Shown here one piece after another: positions 11,116-21,400 of a stretch of 64,000 bases of DNA. Positions within the stretch are counted from its first letter, which is position 1. Each line of letters begins with the position of its first letter. The DNA lies in IMG/VR virus record IMGVR_UViG_3300046787_000604, positions 1,752 through 65,751 of that record; one strand, written 5' to 3'. The translations under genes were made by a program, and so were the position numbers. Under the pieces are notes generated by a model. The model did not search any database. It was not told the DNA's origin and saw only the letters and a list, made by a program, of their open reading frames with translations. Source of the DNA: a virus. Taxonomy: Duplodnaviria; Caudoviricetes.

Positions 11116-12117
11116 TTAATTTTTGTTTGTGTTACGTTTTTCTTTTCTTGTTAATTTCATAAATGGTCTTAGGAAGTTTACCCAAGCCTCATCATTTTTT
11201 GGAAGATATTTGAAGAGTCCGTCCTCCATCATCATCCTCATTAAGTTTTTGTATCCCCTATCGGTAGGGTCAATCGTGTCAGTGATAATTTGTTCAACTA
11301 ATTCTTTTCCATCGTCAGTTATTAAAGGGTTAGATAAATCAACTATTTTTTTGTTTGTAGTATAAAACTCCTCACCAAGTATACCATTTTTACTTTTACC
11401 GGTCAAAATATTCTCCAAAACTTTTGATTTTTTTACTTGCGTGAGATTCCCAGCACTAACACGTATTTCGTCAATAGTGCATGGTTTAACCTGCATTGAA
11501 GGGAATAATTTAACCAAAGTTTTTTCACCTAAACCTTCAATACCATTAATATTGTCAGAATTATCCCCTGTAAGAATTTTACAAGTTAAGACATTATAAT
11601 GCGGTATTTGAACTTTATTGATGGTAATCATATCACCCTGTTTAAAGTATTGTTTTGAGTTTGGTGAGTAAACGGACACATTGTCCGAGATAAGTTGTGT
11701 AAGGTCCTTATCTGATGAAAATATGATGATTTCTTCATCAATCGCCTTTTGACAATAATAAGCAATAAGGTCATCCGCCTCATTATAAACCATCTCAACT
11801 TGTCTAATAAAGACTTCTTCAAGATATTCTTTAATACGAGCATTTTGTTCAAGATATGATTCAAGTTTATACTCGTTCATATCGTTCTTCCTATTTCCTT
11901 TATATTGTGGATATAATTCTTTCCGAGCCGCAGAACTATTTTCAGCATCCCAAAAAACAACAACCTTATCGTGGTTATGTTCCTCAAGGAATTTTCTAAT
12001 GGTATTGATAAAGTGGTAAATAGCCCCTAAGTGACTTCCGTCACTATAGAGGTCTTTTACTCCGTGGAATCCAATCTTCATTAAGTTGGACCCGTCTACT
12101 AATAATGTTTTAATCAC
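11116..12117 (-). CDS. 5'-3' exonuclease / flap endonuclease (T4 RNase H / Pol I N-terminal-like)
   Basis: LLVDGSN, YKGNR, EADDLIA, SSDKDLTQL and GDNSDNINGIEGLGEKT (H3TH) motifs. Confidence 0.93.
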   Translation of the reverse strand: MIKTLLVDGSNLMKIGFHGVKDLYSDGSHLGAIYHFINTIRKFLEEHNHDKVVVFWDAENSSAARKELYPQYKGNRKNDMNEYKLESYLEQNARIKEYLEEVFIRQVEMVYNEADDLIAYYCQKAIDEEIIIFSSDKDLTQLISDNVSVYSPNSKQYFKQGDMITINKVQIPHYNVLTCKILTGDNSDNINGIEGLGEKTLVKLFPSMQVKPCTIDEIRVSAGNLTQVKKSKVLENILTGKSKNGILGEEFYTTNKKIVDLSNPLITDDGKELVEQIITDTIDPTDRGYKNLMRMMMEDGLFKYLPKNDEAWVNFLRPFMKLTRKEKRNTNKN

Positions 12118-12144
12118 ATTGGTGATTTAGAGGTGAATAATATT

Positions 12145-13146
12145 TTAAGCTTCTTTTTCTTCTGTTAAGTCAAAGTCCCCATCAGTTCCGATGATGTCTT
12201 TCCAATAATCAGCATATTCCTTTTTGTATTTTTCCAATGAAGCCTTTTCTTCAGTTGAATCTTTACCACCGATGAATCCGTGAGGTGTAACAATAATCTT
12301 TCCGTCATCATAACCTAATCCGTTGATGTGGTTTTTCATAACTGAAACTTTTGTTCTTGAAGCAAATTTAATTGTTCTCTTGTCTTTTGTTGCAGTAATT
12401 TTAGTTGTTCCAGCACCTTTTTGGTTTCCAAATAAATAAACTAATGAAGAGTTCAACCAAATTGCCTCACCACCTTTAGCTTTAATCTTCGGTTGTCCAA
12501 AAGGATTATCCGGTAATTCAACCCATGGTTGATTAACAATGATTAAAGTGTTTTCATATTTTGAATCCGCTTTACGAGACCCTGAAATTCTTTGGTTAAT
12601 ACCCATACCAATTTTATCCGCTAACGTGGATGCATTGTGTTGTTTACCACCTTTACCTTCATAAGTCATCTTACAAGGAACTGAACCAACAGAATCCCAC
12701 ATAAAACATAAACTATAGTCCAAGTTCCCTTTTTCTTGTTCGTCTAACAAATTATTAATATAATCTGTAATCTGTTCAATGTAGTCAAAATTGTTATTGA
12801 AGATGTAAAAACCATCCCATTCCAATTCTCCTGTTTCTTCATCAACAACTTCCTCACAATCAAATCCCATCAACTTGGCGTGTTCAAAAGACCATTTCTG
12901 CTCCGTGATGATAAACACCGGAAGAATTCCCTTTTTCTGAGCATCTACCGCAGTTTTCACAAGAGCAGTTGTTTTACCCGTATCCGAGTGACCCAAGAAC
13001 ATATTCAAATGTCCAATCGCCGGTCCCGGTAATCCCACAGCATCCAAGAAGTCCGGACCTAAGTCAAAAAATCTTTGTGGTTTGTATTTTGCGGATGTTG
13101 AGAATTTATCTTTAATTGATTTGAAATCGTTTTTCTTAATCGCCAT
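12145..13146 (-). CDS. uvsX: RecA/UvsX-like recombinase
   Basis: Walker A GHSDTGKTT, WDSVGS, IIVNQ, KGGEAI and KNHI; lies between the SSB and exonuclease genes. Confidence 0.88.
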   Translation of the reverse strand: MAIKKNDFKSIKDKFSTSAKYKPQRFFDLGPDFLDAVGLPGPAIGHLNMFLGHSDTGKTTALVKTAVDAQKKGILPVFIITEQKWSFEHAKLMGFDCEEVVDEETGELEWDGFYIFNNNFDYIEQITDYINNLLDEQEKGNLDYSLCFMWDSVGSVPCKMTYEGKGGKQHNASTLADKIGMGINQRISGSRKADSKYENTLIIVNQPWVELPDNPFGQPKIKAKGGEAIWLNSSLVYLFGNQKGAGTTKITATKDKRTIKFASRTKVSVMKNHINGLGYDDGKIIVTPHGFIGGKDSTEEKASLEKYKKEYADYWKDIIGTDGDFDLTEEKEA

Positions 13147-13432
13147 TTTCTATTCTTTTAATGTGTGGTAATTTATTTGCTTTTCGTCTCTTGTAAACTG
13201 AACTATCTTCTTCGTAAAGAGTATCAATCTCTTCCTCATGAAAGGTAATCAATTTATAATTTGACATTTCTTCTTCGTCATTCTTTTCGTACAACATTCC
13301 AAATAAAACACTATCACCGATTTGTTTACTTCTCCCTGAGAAGTATGTCTTATCTTTTAGTTGACTCAAAATCTCATAAGACAACATTTTATTGTCCCTC
13401 AATTGTAAATCAATTTCTTCCTTAAACGTCAT
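13136..13432 (-). CDS. Hypothetical protein
   Basis: 98-aa ORF overlapping the recombinase start; co-oriented. Confidence 0.6.
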   Translation of the reverse strand: MTFKEEIDLQLRDNKMLSYEILSQLKDKTYFSGRSKQIGDSVLFGMLYEKNDEEEMSNYKLITFHEEEIDTLYEEDSSVYKRRKANKLPHIKRIENGD

Positions 13433-13447
13433 ATGATAATATTATTA

Positions 13448-13484
13448 AAACTTGGACACTTAGTCGGACCAAATGTCCAAGTTT
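13448..13484 (-). other. Long intergenic hairpin after ssb (terminator or processing site)
   Basis: AAACTTGGACA...TGTCCAAGTTT is an 11-bp perfect inverted repeat that can extend inward with G-U pairs; the U-tract is only short. Confidence 0.55.
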
Positions 13485-13496
13485 AATTAGTTTTTA

Positions 13497-14351
13497 TTAG
13501 AAAGGTAAATCCTCGTCCGGAATGTCATTCGCTTGAGGGTCAACCGGTGCAGAAGATTGAGATTTTCCACCACCAAATGATTCTGTATTTACTGAATCAC
13601 TTTCGTAAAGATATCCACCTTTTTCTGAATCCCATCTTGGAGTTTCCCCACGAGCAATCGCTTCAAGATATTCAACCGGTTTTTTAGAGTAAACGTCTAA
13701 CCAAGTTAATTCGTCAGTAATCCACTCATTAGCCTGAGCCGGGTCAGTATGTACCGGACCTTGGTCTTCATACATAATTGTAGATACAGTTGTGTATTCT
13801 TTTCCTTTTGGAGTTTTCGCCTTAGTCAATTCAATGATTAAGTCTCTACCGATTTGAGCGTCAGTAACATCTCCTTTGTTTCTCCAAATTGGGATGATTT
13901 TATCTAAGATACCATCATTTTTGTAGTTGTGTTTGAATCTCCAAAATTTTGGTCCGTCTTCTTCTCTGTCTCGGTCAATTACTTTTACAATGTAAAATTT
14001 ACGAGAACGGTATTGAGCCGCCAATTGTTTGTCTGATTCTTTTCCGGTTGAGATTAACTCCTCGTAAACCTCATTCAAAGGTGAACGTTCGTTATCATTT
14101 TTTCCCGGGTCATAGAATTTTTGCCATTGTCCACCAACTTGAATCTCATGATACCAAGCCTCTTTGAATGGCGATGAACCGTCACCCGTAGGTAAGATTC
14201 TAACTCTTCTTTGTCCAGATTGCTCCTTATCACCTAAGATAAGTGCAAAATATTTTTTCATTCTTTCGTCTTGCGACATTTTTCCTTGGGCCCCGCCCCC
14301 TGATTGTTTTGAATTTTCGTACTGTGCCAATACGGCGTCTAATGAACTCAT
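13497..14351 (-). CDS. ssb: Single-stranded DNA-binding protein (T4 gp32-like)
   Basis: RVRILP...PF...WYH, FYIVKVIDR...GPKFWRF, GRDLII and an acidic C-terminal tail ending DEDLPF. Confidence 0.85.
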   Translation of the reverse strand: MSSLDAVLAQYENSKQSGGGAQGKMSQDERMKKYFALILGDKEQSGQRRVRILPTGDGSSPFKEAWYHEIQVGGQWQKFYDPGKNDNERSPLNEVYEELISTGKESDKQLAAQYRSRKFYIVKVIDRDREEDGPKFWRFKHNYKNDGILDKIIPIWRNKGDVTDAQIGRDLIIELTKAKTPKGKEYTTVSTIMYEDQGPVHTDPAQANEWITDELTWLDVYSKKPVEYLEAIARGETPRWDSEKGGYLYESDSVNTESFGGGKSQSSAPVDPQANDIPDEDLPF

Positions 14352-14386
14352 GTGTTAAAAATTAAGATTAATTAAATTGTTAGATA

Positions 14387-14415
14387 AAGATAAGTGATAA
14401 AACTAGTGAAGTCAA
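14387..14415 (-). promoter_or_regulatory. Sigma70-type promoter for the ssb/recombination/replication operon
   Basis: Minus strand TTGACT-N17-TATCTT, directly after a terminator and ~35 nt before the ssb ATG. Confidence 0.65.
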
Positions 14416-14445
14416 ATAAAAAAAGGTGTCCGTTAAGACACCTTT
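14416..14445 (-). terminator. Rho-independent terminator
   Basis: Minus strand AAAGGTGTC-TTAACG-GACACCTTT followed by TTTTATTT. Confidence 0.8.
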
Positions 14446-14458
14446 GAATTTTCTATTA

Positions 14459-15160
14459 TCATTTGAATGATGAACCGAACTCATCTTCCTGAGAACCAGG
14501 TTGGAATGAATTTTTAATATCATTCACATTAATATCTTCAACTTCGTCTGAAGTTAAAACATAATCATTTTTTCCGGTTTTTTCCATCTCATCTTGTTTG
14601 TCGTCAAAGAATTGAGATAGTTTTTGGTTGAATGGGTATGAATCGTAACTTCTCAACTCTAATTTTTCTTGAGGAGTTTTTTCACGATACTTCTCAATTT
14701 TATTTTCAAGTGAATTTAATTTGTTCATTACGTTATCCATCTCACCTAATTTAGATTCCAAATTAGAAAGTTGATTAAACAAGTTTTCAAAATACTCCTC
14801 TTGTTTTGTCTCAATGCTTTTTTGAGATGTAACCAAGTCAGTAATATCAAGTTCTTCAGACTCTTCACCTTCAGTTCCTTTTTCTTCAGATTGTCCTTCA
14901 TCGTCAATTTTCTCAACGTCAGGGTCATTTGCAACATCAATTGGTTCTGGTGTTGTCGGTGCAACCTCTCCTCCCGGTGGGGGTGGTGGTACCGCTTCTG
15001 ATGGTGCCGGTGCTGCCGGAACATCTCCTCCTGCCGGTGGAGCTAAAGCCCCTAAGGTATCTTCTAATGGTGCATCAACCTCTTCAGCTTGCTCCATAAT
15101 ATAGTTATTGATATTATGATATCTTGCAATTTCTTGTATTAATTTTTTGTCTAAAGCCAT
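14459..15160 (-). CDS. Acidic, Pro-rich, coiled-coil protein (possible scaffold or internal head protein)
   Basis: 233 aa with LIQE/IMEQ N-terminal motifs, an A/P-rich linker, an acidic stretch and heptad repeats (LSNLESKLGEMDNVMNKLNSLENKIEK). Confidence 0.6.
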   Translation of the reverse strand: MALDKKLIQEIARYHNINNYIMEQAEEVDAPLEDTLGALAPPAGGDVPAAPAPSEAVPPPPPGGEVAPTTPEPIDVANDPDVEKIDDEGQSEEKGTEGEESEELDITDLVTSQKSIETKQEEYFENLFNQLSNLESKLGEMDNVMNKLNSLENKIEKYREKTPQEKLELRSYDSYPFNQKLSQFFDDKQDEMEKTGKNDYVLTSDEVEDINVNDIKNSFQPGSQEDEFGSSFK

Positions 15161-15165
15161 TTTAA

Positions 15166-15390
15166 TTATCCGTTTAATAATTGTTTAATTCCTCCTGCCG
15201 TCTCAACTCTAACTTTTCTGTTAATAGTTGTTTGATGACCTGCTCTCTCAATAAGACCATCTCTTTCTCTGATTGTATAACAATCTCCTGTGTCTAAATC
15301 ACAAACTTGTTGTGTTCCGTCACCGTTATCTGTTTGAGAAACTCTAGTTGATTTCCCAAGATAGTTGTCTAATGCTGATTTTATGTTCAT
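15166..15390 (-). CDS. Small hypothetical protein (CDLDTGDC motif)
   Basis: 74-aa ORF with its own TATTTATA motif at 15405-15412. Confidence 0.7.
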   Translation of the reverse strand: MNIKSALDNYLGKSTRVSQTDNGDGTQQVCDLDTGDCYTIRERDGLIERAGHQTTINRKVRVETAGGIKQLLNG

Positions 15391-15422
15391 AAAATTGTTT
15401 TTATTATAAATATATCGTTATG

Positions 15423-18400
15423 TTATAAAGTGAAATTAGGTGATGTCGCAGTACCCCTCGTAGATTCTGATGTGTACCCAACTTGCAATTGGAACACCCC
15501 TAAATTACTAACTTCGATAACGTTTGTATATTTCGTACCTGAATTATTTGTTATTGTAATATTTTGTTTAGCAGACCCAGGCGTAGAATACACTTCAGGA
15601 CTTGACTTAGAAATTAGTTTCTCACAAGTAAATTGATATGTAATATATCCTCCCGCCGGTTTCTTAATATTATAATAGTCAACACCATTAAAATTCGGTA
15701 ATTCACCGCTTGAGGTTTCAGAAACTTTGGTTAGTGTACCCGGTGGTGTTTTTATTTCCGCTGCCGACACAGGGTCCCCCGCCTTTTTATCAGTTAAATA
15801 CACGTTAAACTTATAACTTAAAATAACATCCTTAGGATTCGCAACTCTATCAACAGGTCTAGCATATAAACTAATTGTGAAATAACCCCTAACATTATCC
15901 TCATCATAATCCTTTAACGTAAATTCATTAATCATTTGAGACTCTGTTATTGAGAACACTTGTTGGTCAGGTGAAACAAACCCTACAATTCTATCTCCCT
16001 TCCCACTTGAAAATACATCCTCAACGTACTTGTTATTTGGACCAGGTTCAATATTAACAAGTATAAAGTCTACATCCGGTTGAGGGTCTATTTTCCAAGC
16101 CCCCGCCTCAGGATTAACTTTAACGGTTAATAAAGTAGTACTTCCATTTGGACCCTTAACGTTTTCTGTTTCAATAAGAGTAATAGGTCCTGTTGTTTGT
16201 GGATTAGTATTCGCATTATTCGCAGGAACCGCATTTGTTGTTTGGTTTTCCGGATTTTGGAAACCACCCGGAGATGACGCTTCAGACGCCACTATTGACG
16301 GGTCAAATGTGTATTTACCTGAACTTGTTGCAGAACCATAATTAGTCGTAACAACAATATCACCTTTAGACACTACTTTACCAGTACCTATTTCAGGAGT
16401 AACAAATCTTAAGGTTGAATCATCAAATACCGTAACACCCGAAGGTAGAACCGTAACCCCATTAACCACAACTGAAGATAAACCATTCAAATTATATCCA
16501 TTAACTTGAACAATAGTTCCTGTATTTCCGGATAGTGGTGAGAATGAACTAATTACAGGTGGAGGACAAGTTTGACCTGGTAATGGTGTCGCCCCAACAG
16601 GTGTTGGTGTCGCATTAGGACTTGATTTACCATTTTTCTTACTCTCAGTAATTGTATTTTTCAAATCATCAACAATAGCTTTAGTTGCAACCCCAACCGT
16701 TAACGCCGATTTCAACGATGCGTCAACAGTCAAACCTAATTGTTTATATTCGTCAAGATGTGTATCAAAATATGTTGATAGTTTATTATCTTTTGGCCAA
16801 TAACAAACATAATATTTTAATAAACCAATTTCTGAAATTTGACCAATTCTTTGAATTAATCTATCTCTCATGAAAATAATATAACTTTCAAGACTTGCAA
16901 AATTCGCAAATGGTAATGATTCCGTTGTTGATGGGTTTGATGTCACATTTACACAAGAATACTTAGGTAAGAACGCAATACTTGATTCACCCCAATCCAT
17001 ATCTAATGTTATCGCGGCTAAGTTATTATCCCACCCATCAAATTTACCTGACTTATTATTATTGTATTTTTGGAATGATGAAATATATGATAAACTATAA
17101 ATAATCGTCTGTAATATTGGAAGATTAGGTATAAGTCTTTTAAGTTCATTCGCAAATGTTTTTTCAGTAATGTTTGATTGTGTCGCCCCTGTCGCAACAA
17201 ATCCGTAATTACTTGCGTATGATGGTAATAATTTTGCACTACACGTATTTGTTGCAGCCTTTGTCGTATCCGATTTTTGTGGAATTTTATTTGATTTAGT
17301 CGCATCAGTGGTTGCACCTAACACATTAACAGTATCTTTCTTAATCTTAAGTAACGCCTCAACTTTAGTTAATAAGTTTTGGTTAATACTTTGAATGAAA
17401 GTGTCAATTGCCGGTAAATCGTAAATCCCTTGTCTAATTCCCGTTATTGTTGTTTGGAATTGACCCGGAGTAATTGCATGGTCAACTTGTTGTATCAAAT
17501 AAGGACCGTTAAACATCGGTACGTGTCTCAAGTTAAAATACATCGTTGGTTGTAATAACGCATTCCCTAATGAAACAACCTGACAGGTATAACTTCTTTG
17601 TTTATACAAATTGTATAACCCAACATTTTGAGTTGAGGTATTTTTACCTGTTGACTGGTCAACCATATTAACCATGGTGTTAATAGATTCAGAAGTCGCC
17701 TTTCCATTATCTTGAGAAACATTGAATGAATGGAATACCCCTTGATTTCTTGTCCCAATATCAACATTGAATCCAACACATTTGTTAGAGACAGCCCAAT
17801 CTTTTTTACCTGATTGATTTTCAATTAATGGGTTTTCAGAAGCACGTCTCATTTCAAATGAATCATCACGGAAACGAGAACTAACTTTAGGTAATGCCAA
17901 ATATTGTGATGGTTTTCCCACATAGAAACAAACCATTTTAGAACTAGACTTTCTATAATCAACATCTAAAAACGTACCCCATAAACTATTTGCCATTGCC
18001 AAAGACCCTTCTGTCCTATTTGGTATTGTAGTACCATCAACATCTTGAACATTATAGAAATTAACATATGCCGGTAAATTCATTACCGTGAAGTTATTTT
18101 TAATTAAAATTCCACTAACAAACGTAAAAACACTCATCGCCTGATTTAACGAATTAGTACTAAACATATTCTTCAAATCAAAAATGTCTAATAAGATAGT
18201 ATCACCAATATTTCTTGACGCTCTATCTAAAAACAACATATCTTCAAATAATGTCTTACTTTTGTAATCACCACCAGCAATCCATTTATCATTAAGTGCC
18301 TTAAATACCTCATAATTTTCAACTTTACTCTGTTGTCCATCAATAGCACTTTGTATCGTTTTTTCAGGTAATTGTTGTTGGTTCGGAAGAGCCTTTCTCA

Positions 18401-21400
18401 CCCCCGATAAAACAAGATTCAAAAAGTTATCTTGTAAGACACTTTCATTTGTCAAATATTGAACGATTTGATTTTGGAATTGAGCAACCGTATTATTTGG
18501 ATTTCTAAGCAACTGAGTAGCATACATTTTAATAATCGGCGCCAATAACACAACATTATTCACACTAAATTCAATATTATTATCAATAAAGAAATCTGTA
18601 ATATATGAACCATTACTACTATATTCAACATTACGAATTGTTGAAAATCCTACCTCCGTTTCAAGAGCAATCCAAGCGTTTGGATTTAATAATTTAGATT
18701 GACCAAGAGTTAACGAACTATCTTTACTTGGCAACGTATTTTGCACATACGGTAAAAACTTAATTGGGTCTGTAACTCTCGGTGTATTGTTGTGAGATAA
18801 ATACGAATCAAAAACTCTCCTTTGATAATTTGAAGGGTTTCCATACCTAAATAAGATATCGTAATTCATAAATGATGTAATACCATTTTGAAATACCTCA
18901 TATTGATTTCCAATAGCGTTGTTAAAATATTCAATGTTAGTTTCCTTACTCTTTTGAGCCGGTATCGTCATTAAACTCTTAAATAATGATTGGAAGTTTC
19001 TATACACCGCCTCACCATTAACCGTAGATTCATTAATTCCAACAGGATTTGTTCCCGAGTCAATATCAGTAATTGGTTTACAAAAATTCAAAAACTCTTG
19101 TTCAAATGAATCTAATATCTTTTTCTCAAATACCGAGAATACTTCCTCAATTTTACTGTACTTATCAACATTTGACAAATACATTGGTGATTGAGTTTCT
19201 CCACTATTGATGAAATTCAAATAAGAATCCGGTTGTGGATATTTGATTTGGTCAGCATCAAAATAACCATAGTTAGGTGCCGACCATAATGTTCTAACAG
19301 AACCGTTATAGACTGCGTTATTTGAACTAACATTAACTTTAGTTGTTTGTATTGTTGAGAAGTTATCCAAACAAGCATTATTAATTTGATTCACACTATT
19401 ACCAAAAGACGGAACGATAAAATAATCAACCCCTTTAGTATTATTTGTAGGGTTACAATTAATATCACTTCCATAATCAACATCTTGTAATAAAACAGAA
19501 TATGTTTGTAAAGTTAAATCTTTTGTGTCTTGTTTTGCACCAGTAATATTTGAATCTTGGAAATTGTGTATTTTCATCCCACCATTAATACTTTGTTGAA
19601 TCTCGTCACTCGTATACCCACTATACAATTCATACCCATTATAAAACACATTAAAATCGTTAACCACTTTTGGGTAAAACCCAATTTGCATATTAACACT
19701 TGTTGTTGTTTCATTTTGAAGAGTTATTGATAATGGAACACTGTCAAACTTAACATCATAAGTTTGAGTAATTGAACTTAAAATTGGACTATAGTTAGTC
19801 GTATAATTAAAGTTTTTCCAAGCACTTGATAAAATATCTACATTTGACTCTTTATACTTTTTGTATCTATACCATACCGAACCATACTTTAACACCCATG
19901 CGTAAGGTATTTTATGAATTGCACCAAATTTCTTAAAACAAGACGCAATATAATCTAATTCCTCTACAAAAGTATCATTCTTAGTTTTATATCTCTCCCT
20001 TAATGACGCTAGTGGTAATGAATTCAAAAATAAATAAGCGGATTGAACATATGGATATGGGTCACTTGTTCTCGTATTTTGAACACCATTTTGAATAGAA
20101 TTAACAAAATAAGGAGTATTCAATATTGAGGTTGTTGTTCTAAACGGTAATTCCCCTGTTGGTGTGATATATTCACAATAACCCTCAGTTGCAGTAAAAT
20201 TACTTGGTAACCTTGTCGTATAAAATGCCCCTAACCCAAACACACCTGTTGAATTTTTCAACACATTAGTCGGATTTGAATTATCCAAATATGAGAAATT
20301 AGTCACCGGTCTATTTGTTGTATAATCATATACATCATTAAAATTCGCAATGATTTTTCTATTTTCAAAAACTTTTAGAGTTTTCTTAGTATCATAGACA
20401 TTAAACCCAATAGATTTATTACTTGAACTTAAATTATTTAATGACCACGACGAATCAGTAAATGGGAGAGTATCCACAACTAAGGGCTCATTTGAAGCAT
20501 TTTTGATTAATTGTAATAAGGCATCTGATTTTGTACTTACTTGAGGTATTTTACCAATATCTAAGATATTCATAATACTATAAGAATTTTCTGTTAAATT
20601 CTTAATATAAGGAGTTACAAAGAAATCTCTAATATAATCTTGATAAGCTCTACCAGTTCCTGAATTAGAAATTGTTTTTAAGAAATTTGGATAACTATTT
20701 GCAGTTATATCGTAATTTTTAAGTTTCAAACTTAAATAAGGAGAACTAACATTAATACTTTGTACAATATTGTTAACTTCAGTCTCACTATTTAATTTTA
20801 TTAACGAATCAATTTGATTTTGATTAGCTCGATTTAATCCTGAATAATGTGAAGTAAGAAATTGTCTTTCCCATATTTCATAAAAGAATTTAATCTCCTC
20901 TTTATTAGTATATGCAGCACCTGTCGAAGGGAATTCAATCGCATTAATATTGATAACATTTGTATATTTGTCGCTATCTAATGGTGGAGGCGATGATGGT
21001 TGGTTAAATTTTCTAGTTAACCCTTTCATATATTCCTCAACAAATTCAACTTCAGGCCATTTAGCATAATTCCACCCTTGAGTTAAATCAACTACGGTTG
21101 GGTCTGCAATATATTTTAATTCAAACCTACCTTTTTTATCATCAGGAGATTCAACAAAAAATTGTGGCCATGGATAAACAGGTTCTTTTGAATTACTTAG
21201 TCCTGTGTTGGATTGTTGAGCACTATTGGAAATAACAACATCTTGTCTTGACTCAGTACTAGGTGCCGATGATGGATTATCTAATATCGCGTTTTTTCTT
21301 ACGGGGTCATATTTCACATCCCAAGCATTTGTATGAACGTCATCTAATAAACGAAGGAACGCTTCCGCAGATGCCATAACAACCGCAATCATATTTCTAA

